64,000 bases of DNA from assembly GCA_038230375.1 (NCBI GenBank), contig JBBRNJ010000048.1:1-64000 (forward strand), in the 5' to 3' direction. The translations under genes and the position numbers were made by a program. The DNA is from Polyangiales bacterium (GTDB lineage: Bacteria; Myxococcota_A; Polyangia; Polyangiales; Polyangiaceae). The notes below the pieces were generated by a model, which was not told where the DNA came from, made no database searches, and saw only the letters and a program-made list of their open reading frames with translations. Positions 51,276 through 61,060 of the stretch are shown one piece after another. The first letter of the stretch is position 1, and every line of letters begins with the position of its first letter.

Positions 51276-52412
51276 TCAGGTCTCTTCTTCGTAGCGGGAG
51301 AGGGGGGCTTCGCAGTCGGCGTCTTCGGGCTCCACCTGCACGGTCACGTACTCCACGTTCAGCACATGGCGGATCTGCTTCTCCACCGCAGTGGCAAGGC
51401 CAAGCTTCTTCATGTCCGACGTGACGTGAACCATCACCGCGTCGCGGCCGGCCCCCAAGGTCCATAGGTGGAGATCGTGGACGTCGATCACGCCAGGCAC
51501 GGCACGAACGAGCTCGCGAACGGCAGCCACCGACACGTGCTTCGGCGCGGCCTCCAGCAGCACCACCAGCGCATCACGCAAGAGGCGCAGCGCGCCCACG
51601 ACGAGGATGATCACCACGATGAAGCTCGCGAGCGGGTCTACTGCGGAGGAGCCGCCGAAGTGGATGACCAGCGCGGCGATCAATGCGGCCACGCTCCCGA
51701 GCGCATCACCGAGCAGATGAAGCCACGCGCCGCGCAGGTTGAGGTGCTGATGGGAGCCGTGCGCCGCAGGTCCGTGATCGTGGCCAGCGTGCCCATGATC
51801 GTGCGTGTGTATGGCGCCGTGGAGCAGCCACGCGCTCACGCCGTTGACCACCAGCGCCGCGGCCGCGACCGCGAGCATGATGTTCTCGCGCGGGGGCGCG
51901 CCGCGATGCATGAGATCCCCCACGGCATCGCGGACGATCTCCGTGGCTGCGAACAGCACGAGGATCGCGTTGAACACCGCGGCCACTGGCTCCGCGCGGC
52001 GAAGGCCGAACGTGAAGCGTGCCGTCGGGCGACGCACCGCCAGCCTCATGGCGAACAGGCTCATGCCCAGCGCCAGCACGTCCATGAGCAGATGGATCGC
52101 GTCCGCCTGGAGCACGTCGCTCTGGGCGATGCGCGCGCCCGCGAACTCGACACCGAAGAACAAACTGACGATCACGAGGACGATCGTGAGGCGCCGCACC
52201 TGCCGCGCCTCCGCGGGCGAGAACTGCGGCTTCTGATCGTGATCGTGCTCGGGGTGCCCGTGAGCGTGCGCGGCGGCCGTGGCCTTTGGCTTCACGGGCT
52301 CGTGATCGTGCGCGTGCTTCGGATCATCAGCGTGCTCATGATCATGATCGTGATCATGCTCCGGATGATCGTGCTCGTGCTCGTGCGCGTTCGAGGAGCC
52401 GCCCTTGGTCAA
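51276..52412 (-). CDS. Cation diffusion facilitator (CzcD/ZitB-like) with His-rich regions
   Basis: ADAIHLLMD, TFG..RAE, NLRGAWLHLLGD, HDLHLW; H/D-rich N-terminus. Confidence 0.92.
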   Translation of the reverse strand: MTKGGSSNAHEHEHDHPEHDHDHDHEHADDPKHAHDHEPVKPKATAAAHAHGHPEHDHDQKPQFSPAEARQVRRLTIVLVIVSLFFGVEFAGARIAQSDVLQADAIHLLMDVLALGMSLFAMRLAVRRPTARFTFGLRRAEPVAAVFNAILVLFAATEIVRDAVGDLMHRGAPPRENIMLAVAAAALVVNGVSAWLLHGAIHTHDHGHAGHDHGPAAHGSHQHLNLRGAWLHLLGDALGSVAALIAALVIHFGGSSAVDPLASFIVVIILVVGALRLLRDALVVLLEAAPKHVSVAAVRELVRAVPGVIDVHDLHLWTLGAGRDAVMVHVTSDMKKLGLATAVEKQIRHVLNVEYVTVQVEPEDADCEAPLSRYEEET

Positions 52413-53779
52413 ATGAGCACCAGCTCGTCGCCAGCCTCTCCGACCATGGTCTCCACCTGACCGGTGAGCGCGCTGGTCGTCTCCTCATCACGCTCGACCG
52501 CGAGCAAGTAGAGGCTCGCGACGATGGCCGGGTGCTCGCGGATGAGGCCCAGGAAGTCTTCTCGCGGAAGGTGCAGCGTCACCGTCGGGATCACGGCGAC
52601 CACGTCGGCGTTGGCCTTGCGGCGCAGCACCACGGCGACCTCGCCCACGACCTGACCCACGCCGAGCGTGCTGATCACGAAGCCCTCGCCACCCTCCTCG
52701 TGCCCGACCACCGCGACCTCGCCGGAGGCGATCAGGTGGAGGCCGGAGGGATCACACTTGTCCTCGATGATCTTCTCGCCCTTCTCGTAGACCTTGGTCT
52801 CGAAGCGCTCCACGAGCGCGGGACGCTCCTCCGACGGCACCGCGAGCAGCACGGGAGAGGTGCGCACCAGGTTGGCGACCATGCGACGACGGCAGTGCGC
52901 GGCGAGCTCCACGCCAACGTCGCCACGCTTCTCGGCGACGACCTCGAGCGCATCGCGACGGGCCACGAGCAGGATGCTGGGGCGCAGCGCGACGACACTG
53001 CCAGCGCGCGGCGCGCGGGACAGGAGAGCCATCTCACCGAAGAGTGCGCCGTTGCCGAGCCGCGCGAGCGAGATGGTCTGCTCGTCCGATACGCTGCGTC
53101 GAACCTCGAGCTCTCCGCGCGCGACGATGTACGCCTCCGCGCCCTCCTCGCCCTCGGTGATGACGTTCTTGCCCGCGGAGACCGTGATCATCTCGAAGCA
53201 GGAGATGAGCGCGAGAAGGCCCTCCTGCTCGAGCGCGGAGAACAGCGGCAAGGGCGTCACGAGCGGCGGGTCGGTCTCTGCCCGGTCCTGGTACTCCATG
53301 CTCGCCTTGTGGAGGATGTCCGTGGCCTTCGACAACAAGGCAGGACCCGTGAGGAACGACGAGAGCGGCTCGAACTGCTCCACCGTGGGCAGTGGTGGTG
53401 GCGGCGGCGCGACGGTGTCGTTCAGGCGTGCCGAGCCCGCGCAGAACGCGCCGGCGATGTCCGTCATGTGCTGCGAGACGTCGATGCCGAGCTTCTTCAG
53501 GTCCGCGGCGGCAGCGACCGCGAGGGGCAGGTTGCCTGCGTCGATGGCGCGCGAGAGACCAAGCTTGAAGCCCTCGACCGCGGCTTCGGTGCGGCCGGCG
53601 TCTGCCAGAAGGCGGCACGTCAGGATGAGCGAGCTCGGGACGGAGCCGTCTTGCTGAACCGCGGCCGCGCACCAACGGAGAGCGGCATCCCGCTCACCCG
53701 CGAGCATCAGCGCGAGCGCGCGATCCAGCGGGGAATCCGAGAACTGGCTGCCAGGTAGATCCGGAGGCGCCGTACGCAT
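52409..53779 (-). CDS. Tandem cyclic-nucleotide-binding domain protein
   Basis: PLFS..EGE...GELEV..FGEMALL..PR and a second G.VVGEVA domain. Confidence 0.85.
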   Translation of the reverse strand: MRTAPPDLPGSQFSDSPLDRALALMLAGERDAALRWCAAAVQQDGSVPSSLILTCRLLADAGRTEAAVEGFKLGLSRAIDAGNLPLAVAAAADLKKLGIDVSQHMTDIAGAFCAGSARLNDTVAPPPPPLPTVEQFEPLSSFLTGPALLSKATDILHKASMEYQDRAETDPPLVTPLPLFSALEQEGLLALISCFEMITVSAGKNVITEGEEGAEAYIVARGELEVRRSVSDEQTISLARLGNGALFGEMALLSRAPRAGSVVALRPSILLVARRDALEVVAEKRGDVGVELAAHCRRRMVANLVRTSPVLLAVPSEERPALVERFETKVYEKGEKIIEDKCDPSGLHLIASGEVAVVGHEEGGEGFVISTLGVGQVVGEVAVVLRRKANADVVAVIPTVTLHLPREDFLGLIREHPAIVASLYLLAVERDEETTSALTGQVETMVGEAGDELVLI

Positions 53780-53816
53780 GGGTGGTTGGGAGGTATACCA
53801 GGCTTTCCAGCCTGGA

Positions 53817-54920
53817 TCAGTCCTCATCCTCGTCGGCGCCCGCGTGCCTCTCGAGGCGGTTTCCGCTCTCGTCGTGCGCGTCGTGGCCGGTGTCGTGGTG
53901 GCGTCCGATGAAGGCGCTCATCGCGCTGGCGGTGGCGGCCACCAGCGGCACGACCTTCGGGTAGTCCATCCGGGTGGGACCGATGACACCCACGCTGCCC
54001 GCCGAGCGCCCGTGGTCGGAGTAGATGGCGCCGATGATCGCGAGCTGTCCGCCGCCCAGCGCGCCGGCCTCCGCGCCGACGACAACGCTCGTACCGTTCG
54101 CCGCGACGGTCGCGTCCAGCAGCTGGACGAGGCGCTCCTGCTCATCAAGGGCAGACACCACGTCCTTCACGCCAGAGGACGCAAAGTCCGGCAGGTCGAG
54201 CAGCTTGCTGCGGCCCTCGATGACCACGTCGGGCCGCTGCGAGCCAGTCACGCCCGCGACCGCCGCCTCACCGAGCTCGAAGGCCTGCCTGCGCAGCTCG
54301 TCGTGACGGACGCGCTCGCTCTGCAAGCGGCGCACGAACAGGTCGCGGAGATCGCCGAGCGAGCGACCCTCGATGACGTCGTCGAGGAGGTTGTGGATGC
54401 GAACGAGGTCGTCCTCGCCCACGGTCGCCTGCAGGAAGCGGTTCTGCACCGCGCCGTTCGACATGACGAGCACCGCGAGCACCTGCCCGGGCACCGTTCG
54501 GATGAAGCGCAGATGTTTGAGGGTGAGGTTCTCCACGCGCGGCGCAACGACGACGGCCGCCGTGCCGGTGAGCTCGGACAGGAGCTTCCCCGCGGTCTGC
54601 AGTACGTCGTCACCGCCCCGTAGCTGCGCGAAGCGCTCGTCGATGCGGGCGCGGTCGCCGGTGGAGAGCTCCTGCAGCTGCATGAGCGCGTCGATGAAGA
54701 GACGGAACGCGCGGTCGGTCGGGATGCGGCCCGCGCTGGTGTGCGGCTGCTTCAGATAGCCCGCGTCCTCCAGGTCGGACAGCACGTTGCGGATGCTGGC
54801 GGGGGAAAGATCGATGCCCCGTTTGGCGAGCGTGCGTGATCCGACGGGCTCGCCCGTGGCCACGAACTCCGTGACGGCGGCGTACAGGATCTGCTTGGCG
54901 CGATGGGAGAGATCACTCAT
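53817..54920 (-). CDS. hrcA: Heat-inducible transcription repressor HrcA
   Basis: GEPVGSR, SPASIRN..DLE..GYL.QPHTSAGRIPT, GVIGPTRMDY. Confidence 0.95.
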   Translation of the reverse strand: MSDLSHRAKQILYAAVTEFVATGEPVGSRTLAKRGIDLSPASIRNVLSDLEDAGYLKQPHTSAGRIPTDRAFRLFIDALMQLQELSTGDRARIDERFAQLRGGDDVLQTAGKLLSELTGTAAVVVAPRVENLTLKHLRFIRTVPGQVLAVLVMSNGAVQNRFLQATVGEDDLVRIHNLLDDVIEGRSLGDLRDLFVRRLQSERVRHDELRRQAFELGEAAVAGVTGSQRPDVVIEGRSKLLDLPDFASSGVKDVVSALDEQERLVQLLDATVAANGTSVVVGAEAGALGGGQLAIIGAIYSDHGRSAGSVGVIGPTRMDYPKVVPLVAATASAMSAFIGRHHDTGHDAHDESGNRLERHAGADEDED

Positions 54921-54956
54921 GGCGCAACACAGGTTAACTGTACCACAGGCCTGCAA

Positions 54957-54983
54957 TTGGCGCGTGCCGAGCCCAGGTGCTAC
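54957..54983. promoter_or_regulatory. Degenerate CIRCE-like element upstream of hrcA
   Basis: TTGGCGCGT-N9-AGGTGCTAC versus TTRGCACTC-N9-GAGTGCTAA (12/18 match, exact spacer). Confidence 0.4.
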
Positions 54984-54993
54984 TTCTTCAGGC

Positions 54994-55839
54994 GTGCAGT
55001 CGGTGCAAACCGTGGTCCAGCCTCACCCCAGCCCGCCGCGCATCGTCTCGTTGGTGTTGCTGGCGGCTGTCGTTTTGTTCGGGGAGGACGCGCATGCGCT
55101 GCCGCTCCCCGCGCCGGCTCCCGAAGTGAGCCGTACGACGACGGATGAGGCTGCCGGAGCCGCACCGGACACGGACGACGTCGCGGCCGCATCCGACGAG
55201 CTGCCCACGGCGAATCCCGCCGACGCAAACGCACCGGCGCGAAGGTACGGCGCGATGGACGCGCCTACCTGCGAGCGCGAGCTGCGCGGGCGCGGTGTCC
55301 ACTTCGAGAAGGCGCCCGAGCAGCGCGGTGTGCTCCTGCCAGTGCGGCTCACCGCGCCCGTCCACGGTGTCACCTATCGAACGGCGCTCGGCGAGCGCGC
55401 GCGCAAGACCTCGCCCTACGAGATCACGGACTGCCGCCTGGCGCTCGCGCTGGACGACTTCGCGAAGATCCTGGCCGCGCACGACATCGTCGAGGTGATT
55501 CACTACTCGATGTATCGCCCGCCTTCGCCGCGCTCACTCGCGCCGGGAGCGCTGGGCACGCGACACTCGGGCGCGCTCGCGATCGACGCGGGCGCATTCA
55601 TCAAGAAGGACGGCTCCAAGATCGACGTGGAGAAGGACTTCCACGGCGGCATCGGTCAGCGCGCGTGCGGCGTTACCCCACCGACGGACCCGCGAGCGAA
55701 GGAGCTCCGCGAGATCGTCTGCGGCGCCGCGTCAGCCCACCTCTTCAACGTCGCACTGACGCCGGACTACAACTGGCAACACCGGAATCACTTCCATCTC
55801 GAAGTGACACCGAAGGTGAGCTGGTTCATCATTCACTGA
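54994..55839 (+). CDS. Extensin-like C-terminal domain secreted protein (start uncertain)
   Basis: Signal-like segment; C.LALAL, RH..ALAID, LTPDYN..H.NHFHLE. Confidence 0.7.
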   Translation: MQSVQTVVQPHPSPPRIVSLVLLAAVVLFGEDAHALPLPAPAPEVSRTTTDEAAGAAPDTDDVAAASDELPTANPADANAPARRYGAMDAPTCERELRGRGVHFEKAPEQRGVLLPVRLTAPVHGVTYRTALGERARKTSPYEITDCRLALALDDFAKILAAHDIVEVIHYSMYRPPSPRSLAPGALGTRHSGALAIDAGAFIKKDGSKIDVEKDFHGGIGQRACGVTPPTDPRAKELREIVCGAASAHLFNVALTPDYNWQHRNHFHLEVTPKVSWFIIH

Positions 55840-55905
55840 CTTCGACCTCGACTTCGACTTCGACCTGGACCTCGACCTCGACCTCGACCTCGACCTCTCG
55901 ACCTC
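55838..55905. repeat. Intergenic (GACYTC)n array starting in register with the stop codon
   Basis: TGACTT CGACCT CGACTT CGACTT CGACCT GGACCT (CGACCT)n. Confidence 0.92.
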
Positions 55906-56030
55906 AGGTGGCTCATTGGAGATCCACCAGTCGGGGGGAGCTGAGTTGTCGCCAAGGTCGAATTTGTCGGTGATTTGACGGTTGGGGATGTGGGACCGTG
56001 TAGGGCATGTGGGTTGCATTCTCGGCATGC

Positions 56031-57035
56031 ATGTCGATCATCAGGCCGCTCGTTGTCTGTTCGTTTGCTCTCCTCGCCGTGGTTGCTGGCTGCAGTAGCG
56101 GCCCGGACTCGCTCGCGGAGGTACCCGCGGGAGATGGTGTGGTGTCGACCGAGAACCACGGCGGCAGCAACGAGCTCGCGCCTGGGTCTCAGGCGCACGG
56201 TGTTCACTGGTCGCGCGAGGAGCACGCGCGGCGCGAGGCGAAGTCGGGTGGCCGCACGCGGTCTCCGAACATGACGTACCACGGCGGCAAGATCATGCAG
56301 ACCGCGGTCAGCAAGGCGATCTTCTGGGGACCCAGCTGGGGAGACGGCACCACCGCGTTCGCGGCCGACAAGATCACCGGCCTCGACAGCTTCTACGTCG
56401 GGCACGCGGCCAACAGCAACTACGCGAAGACCGTGAACGAGTACACGGGACCGTCGGGCACCAGGGTTGGCTCCGCGCTCACGCACCAGGGTCACATCAT
56501 CGACAACTCCACCGCGAAGGGCGGCGCCAACACCGCCGACATCCTCGCGGAGGTCTGCAAGCAGGTCACCGCAGGCAACATCTCTCCGGACGCGGCAGGC
56601 AATGGCTACTACCCGGTCTACACGGATGTCCCGCGCGGCACCGCTGGCTACTGCGCGTGGCACGCGTCTGGTAGCTGCAGCGGCAAGGTCGTCCAGTTCG
56701 CGTTCTTCTGGAACCTCGATGGTGATCCGGGCTGCGATCCCAAGGACACCACCACAGGTCACTCGGAGGGACTCTCCGCGCTTGCGAGCGTCACAGCGCA
56801 CGAGCTCTCCGAAGCCCGCAGCGATCCTACGACGGACGTCGGCAGCGGCGCGTGGTGGGACCCGTCGGGCAACGAGAACGGCGACAAGTGCGCATGGAGC
56901 TTCAACGTCCCCAGTGTGACGTTCCCCGACGGCAACAAATGGAAGCTCCAGGGCGAGTGGTCGAACGCGGCGTACAACGGCGGCACGGGCTACGCGAACC
57001 TCAGCGGTCAGAAGGGCTGCCTCGACGGGCACTGA
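56031..57035 (+). CDS. Lipoprotein resembling the PHI-1/EXORDIUM-like family
   Basis: VAGC; MTYHGG..M, IFWG..W, YCAWH, AHELSEA.SDP, ENGDKCAW, LQ.EWSN. Confidence 0.6.
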   Translation: MSIIRPLVVCSFALLAVVAGCSSGPDSLAEVPAGDGVVSTENHGGSNELAPGSQAHGVHWSREEHARREAKSGGRTRSPNMTYHGGKIMQTAVSKAIFWGPSWGDGTTAFAADKITGLDSFYVGHAANSNYAKTVNEYTGPSGTRVGSALTHQGHIIDNSTAKGGANTADILAEVCKQVTAGNISPDAAGNGYYPVYTDVPRGTAGYCAWHASGSCSGKVVQFAFFWNLDGDPGCDPKDTTTGHSEGLSALASVTAHELSEARSDPTTDVGSGAWWDPSGNENGDKCAWSFNVPSVTFPDGNKWKLQGEWSNAAYNGGTGYANLSGQKGCLDGH

Positions 57036-57111
57036 GCTCAACCGACACGGAGCGGCCGCAACGTCGCGCGCTGCTCGCGCGGTCGCTTGAAACGGACTAG
57101 CTTGGGCGGCC

Positions 57112-57723
57112 ATGAGCAAGCCCAAGCTGACCTATTTTGATGCTCCCGTGAGCCGCGGCGAGGAATGTCGCCTGGCCCTTCACCTCGCAAACATCGATTT
57201 CGAGGACGTGCGCTTGAAGCGCGACCAGTGGATGGCGCTGAAGCCCAGCACGCCGTACGGCAGCGTGCCGATCCTCGACATGCCCGGAAAGCCGCCGCTC
57301 GCGCAGTCGAACGCGATCCTCGTGTTCATCGGGCGCGGGCATGGCCTGCACCCCAAGGACGACTTCGAGGCCGCGCGCCACGAAGCGATGATGTGCCACG
57401 TGGAAGATCTCCGCGGCAACGTTGCTCCCACGCTGCGCATCACGGACGAGGCGGAGAAGAAGAAGGCGCGAGAGGCGATCGCGACTGGCTACCTGCCCAC
57501 GTGGGCGGGCTTCGCGGAGAAGCAGCTCGGCGACGGACCGTTCTTCGGTGGCGCCACGCTGCAGGTCGTCGACATCAAGCTGTTCATGACCGTGCGCTGG
57601 TTCGCGAGTGGCGCGCTCGATCACATCCCGGCGACGGTATTCACGCCCTTCCCGAAGCTCACGCGCCTGTTCGAAGCCGTGCGCGATGACGCCCGCATCA
57701 AGGCCTGGCACGCCAAGGGCTGA
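57112..57723 (+). CDS. Glutathione S-transferase
   Basis: KLTYF...RGE..RL, FEDVR, TPYGSVP.L, QSNAI. Confidence 0.9.
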   Translation: MSKPKLTYFDAPVSRGEECRLALHLANIDFEDVRLKRDQWMALKPSTPYGSVPILDMPGKPPLAQSNAILVFIGRGHGLHPKDDFEAARHEAMMCHVEDLRGNVAPTLRITDEAEKKKAREAIATGYLPTWAGFAEKQLGDGPFFGGATLQVVDIKLFMTVRWFASGALDHIPATVFTPFPKLTRLFEAVRDDARIKAWHAKG

Positions 57724-57762
57724 CCCGCAGCCGGCGGCTTCCGTGCTAGGAAGCGGCCGCTC

Positions 57763-59331
57763 ATGTCGACCGCTCCCGAAGACGTCGCCGCCCCTCACAA
57801 GCACCCGTCGCCCGAAGGGCCGCAGTCGGAGACGCCGCCACCGGTACCCGTGACGAAGTTCGAGAAGATGGTCGGGCACCCACCCGGCCTCTTCATCCTG
57901 TTCTTCACGGAGATGTGGGAGCGCTTCTCGTTCTACGGGATGCGCGGCCTGCTGAAGGGGTACATGGTCTACTTCCTCTTCATCGAGGCAAGGCAGACGC
58001 TGTACATCCCGGACGACGCGGCGGAGGGCGCGAAGAGCCCGATCGTGTCGGGCGATCCTGGCGGTGTAGCGGGGTGGCACTGGCTGCAGCACATCCTGCT
58101 CTCGATCGATCCGAAGATGGAGCTGCAGGGGCAGGCGTCCATCGTGTACGGCCTCTACAACGGGCTCGTGTACCTGACGCCCGTGATGGGCGGGTACCTC
58201 GCCGACAAGTACTTCGGGCAGCGCAAGATCGTCGTGGCGGGCGCCCTCTTGATGGCCGCGGGCGAGTTCCTCATGGGCTCGGACCATCTCTTCTTCGTCG
58301 CGCTGCTCGTGCTCATCGTGGGCAACGGCGCGTTCAAGCCGAACATCTCCACGCAGGTCGGCAACCTGTACAAGGACGGCGATCCGCGGCGCGATCGCGC
58401 GTACTCGATCTTCTACGTGGGCATCAACGTCGGCTCGTTCATCTGCAACCTGGTGTGCGGCACGCTCGCGGCGGTCTATGGCTGGAAGTACGGCTTCTGG
58501 GCGGCGGGCGTGGGCTTGCTCCTTGGGCTCGTCGTGTACGTCGCGGGGCAGAAGTACCTCGCGAAGGACAACATGATGCAGTCCAAGGCAACGGCCGTGG
58601 ACGAGCAGAAGGAGAACGACCGCGAGAAGAACGACCGCGAGCCCGCGAAGAAGAAGGCGGCAGAGCCCAAGAAGGCGCTCTCGAAGGACGAGAAGCTCGT
58701 CATCTGGGCGCTGGTCGGGCTGTGCGCGCTCAACGTTCCGTTCTGGGCCGTCTACGAGCAGCAGGGCAACACGATGCAGACGTGGGCCGACAAGAACACC
58801 GTGTGGCCGACCATCGGCCACTGGCAGATCCCCACGTCGTGGTTCCAGTCGTTCAACCCGCTCATGATCATGCTCCTCACGCCGGTCGTGAACGCGGTGT
58901 GGGACTGGCAGTACCGCCGTGGCAAGGAGCCCAGCACGGTCTCGAAGATGGCGATCGGATCGCTCGTGCTCGGCCTGTCCTTCGTGGTGATGGCGCTGGG
59001 GGTTCGGCTCATCGGCGAGGGGGGCAAAGGCAGCCTCTTCTGGCCGTTCTTCGCGACGCTGGTGATCACGATCGGCGAGCTCTATCTCTCGCCCATCGGT
59101 CTCTCGCTCGTGACGAAGGCAGCACCGAAGCACCTGGTCTCCCTCATGATGGGCGTCTGGTTCGTATCGAGCTTCCTCGGCGGATTCGGCTCCGGCGTAC
59201 TGGGTGTATTCTACACGGATGGGCACCACGAGCGCTTCTTCTGGCTCATGGTGGCGATCGGAATCGGAACGGCCGCAGCGATGTGGGCGTTCAACAAGCC
59301 GCTGAGGAAGATTCTAGGCGCGAACGCTTGA
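57763..59331 (+). CDS. POT/PTR family proton-dependent oligopeptide transporter
   Basis: EMWERFSFYGM, GGYLAD..G.R, GNG.FKPNIS, FYVGINVG, QSFNP, GEL.LSPIG. Confidence 0.95.
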   Translation: MSTAPEDVAAPHKHPSPEGPQSETPPPVPVTKFEKMVGHPPGLFILFFTEMWERFSFYGMRGLLKGYMVYFLFIEARQTLYIPDDAAEGAKSPIVSGDPGGVAGWHWLQHILLSIDPKMELQGQASIVYGLYNGLVYLTPVMGGYLADKYFGQRKIVVAGALLMAAGEFLMGSDHLFFVALLVLIVGNGAFKPNISTQVGNLYKDGDPRRDRAYSIFYVGINVGSFICNLVCGTLAAVYGWKYGFWAAGVGLLLGLVVYVAGQKYLAKDNMMQSKATAVDEQKENDREKNDREPAKKKAAEPKKALSKDEKLVIWALVGLCALNVPFWAVYEQQGNTMQTWADKNTVWPTIGHWQIPTSWFQSFNPLMIMLLTPVVNAVWDWQYRRGKEPSTVSKMAIGSLVLGLSFVVMALGVRLIGEGGKGSLFWPFFATLVITIGELYLSPIGLSLVTKAAPKHLVSLMMGVWFVSSFLGGFGSGVLGVFYTDGHHERFFWLMVAIGIGTAAAMWAFNKPLRKILGANA

Positions 59332-59389
59332 ACAGGGGCTTCGCCGACTCGTGCTATCGCACGAGGGGGTAGGAGTGGAACGACGAGCC

Positions 59390-60268
59390 ATGCGGGTTGC
59401 GGGGATCATGATGGGAGCGGTGATGCTGGGCGGCTGCGCGGGGACACCGCGCGTGCCAGCGGCGACTTCGACTTCGACTTCGACTTCGACACCGACTTCG
59501 ACTTCGACACCGACTTCGACACCGACTTCGACTTCGACACCGACTTCGACTTCGACACCGACCTCGACACCGACCTCGACTTCGACACCGACCTCGACTT
59601 CAACCTCGACCTCGACTTCGACTTCGACCTCGACCTCGACTTCGACTTCGACTTCGACCTCGACCTCGACTTCGACGGTGACACCGGCGACTTCGACTCC
59701 GTCTCCTTTGCCCCTTCCCCTTTCGCCTTCTTGCGTGGCGGACGATCCGTCCAAGTACTCTCGGGTTGCTATCGTTGGCGACTCGATGACTCAGGGTTTG
59801 GCGGAGCCTCTCGAGAAGCTTTTTCATGCGAAGCGGTGGGTGATGGGGAACTATCACTCGCTCGGGTTTTCTCGGTTCGCGAAGGCGGCGGCGCCTCGGG
59901 CGGTGATCGAAACGAATCGGCCGGAGCTCGTGTTGTTCGTGCTCGGCTCGAACAACGTGAAGGCGTCGTACCCGGAGTCGCTCGCGCCGGACATTCACGA
60001 GGTCGTGAGGATGGCGGGGGGCGCGCGATGCTGGTTCATCGGCCCGCCTGATTGGGATGACGATCATCGGCTGTCACGCGTGCTCGAGAAGACCGTCGCC
60101 CCGTGCGCGTTCTTCGACTCCGGCGCCGTGCTCCTGGCGCGCGGCACGGATCACATCCATCCGACGCACGAAGCGTACGAGGTATGGGCGAAGGCTATCG
60201 TCGACCGGATGACGTGCGCGCCGGACGGTCCGAAGGCAGAACCCGCGGTTCAGGCTTCGGATCCCTGA
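59390..60268 (+). CDS. SGNH/GDSL hydrolase-like lipoprotein with Thr/Ser repeat insert
   Basis: LGGC lipobox; IVGDS, LGSN, IGPP, DHIHP. Confidence 0.8.
   Translation: MRVAGIMMGAVMLGGCAGTPRVPAATSTSTSTSTPTSTSTPTSTPTSTSTPTSTSTPTSTPTSTSTPTSTSTSTSTSTSTSTSTSTSTSTSTSTSTVTPATSTPSPLPLPLSPSCVADDPSKYSRVAIVGDSMTQGLAEPLEKLFHAKRWVMGNYHSLGFSRFAKAAAPRAVIETNRPELVLFVLGSNNVKASYPESLAPDIHEVVRMAGGARCWFIGPPDWDDDHRLSRVLEKTVAPCAFFDSGAVLLARGTDHIHPTHEAYEVWAKAIVDRMTCAPDGPKAEPAVQASDP
59463..59700. repeat. Long in-frame hexamer-period array (GACTTC/GACCTC/GACACC)n
   Basis: More than 30 consecutive hexamers encoding (TS/TP)n. Confidence 0.95.
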
Positions 60269-60286
60269 GCGCCTGGCGCGGCGGGA

Positions 60287-60979
60287 TCACTTGCAGAAGG
60301 AGTCGGCGCTCTTGCAGCCAGGCGTCTTCTTCTTGCAGTCCGTGATGGGCGCGATTGTCAGGCACGACGCCCCCGTGCAATCGAGCTTCACGTCCAGACA
60401 CTGCGCTCCGGTGTGGCATGAGACCGTGACGTCGACCATTGCCTGGAGCTCCGCCCCGTCCGGTGTGGCGATCACGATCGCGTCCTCGTTCGAGCTCGCG
60501 GTGTCGAGGTCGTTGTTGCCGTTCTCGTCGATGAAGAGGACCAGGTGGAAGGCACCGTTCTCCTCGCTCCACATCGCGGTGCCCAGATCGCACATGTCGA
60601 CGGAGAAGGCGACCTCGCCCTTCGCGACATCGACCTTGAAGCTGGAGTACGCGTGCAGGCGCCCGCCGACCTTCTCCTCACCCGCAATGAGCGAGAAGCC
60701 GTGCCGGAGCGCGACGCGGAGCCTGGACGTCGTCGCGTTCTTCACCTTCGCAGGATCGAAGTGCGCGACGCCTGTGATCCAGGACCCATCTACACCGCAG
60801 CCGCTCTTCTTGGGTGCGGCGCACGCAGGTGCTGCATCCGCGGCGGCCGATCCGGCGTCCGTGCCTGCGTCGCCATCGGCCGGGTTGGTGGCAGAGCTGT
60901 CGGTGCTCGTCGACCCTTGGCTGCTGCAGCCGGCCAGAAGGAACATCGCGAGAGGCAGGGCAGAGAGGAGCTTCTTCAT
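60287..60979 (-). CDS. Hypothetical lipoprotein
   Basis: MKK...LAGC lipobox; DENGNN Ca-loop-like motif; Cys-rich C-terminus. Confidence 0.75.
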   Translation of the reverse strand: MKKLLSALPLAMFLLAGCSSQGSTSTDSSATNPADGDAGTDAGSAAADAAPACAAPKKSGCGVDGSWITGVAHFDPAKVKNATTSRLRVALRHGFSLIAGEEKVGGRLHAYSSFKVDVAKGEVAFSVDMCDLGTAMWSEENGAFHLVLFIDENGNNDLDTASSNEDAIVIATPDGAELQAMVDVTVSCHTGAQCLDVKLDCTGASCLTIAPITDCKKKTPGCKSADSFCK

Positions 60980-61060
60980 GCGGTGGACCCTACGGCCCAG
61001 CCCACGACAGAGCCTGTTAATAGAGGTTAAATGCCGCCTGGCTTGCGGGACGCCGTCTGG

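Noticed and set aside
52330..52390. 6-periodic ATCATG/CTCGTG run
   Set aside because: Explained by the His/Asp-rich metal-binding N-terminus of the CDF transporter.
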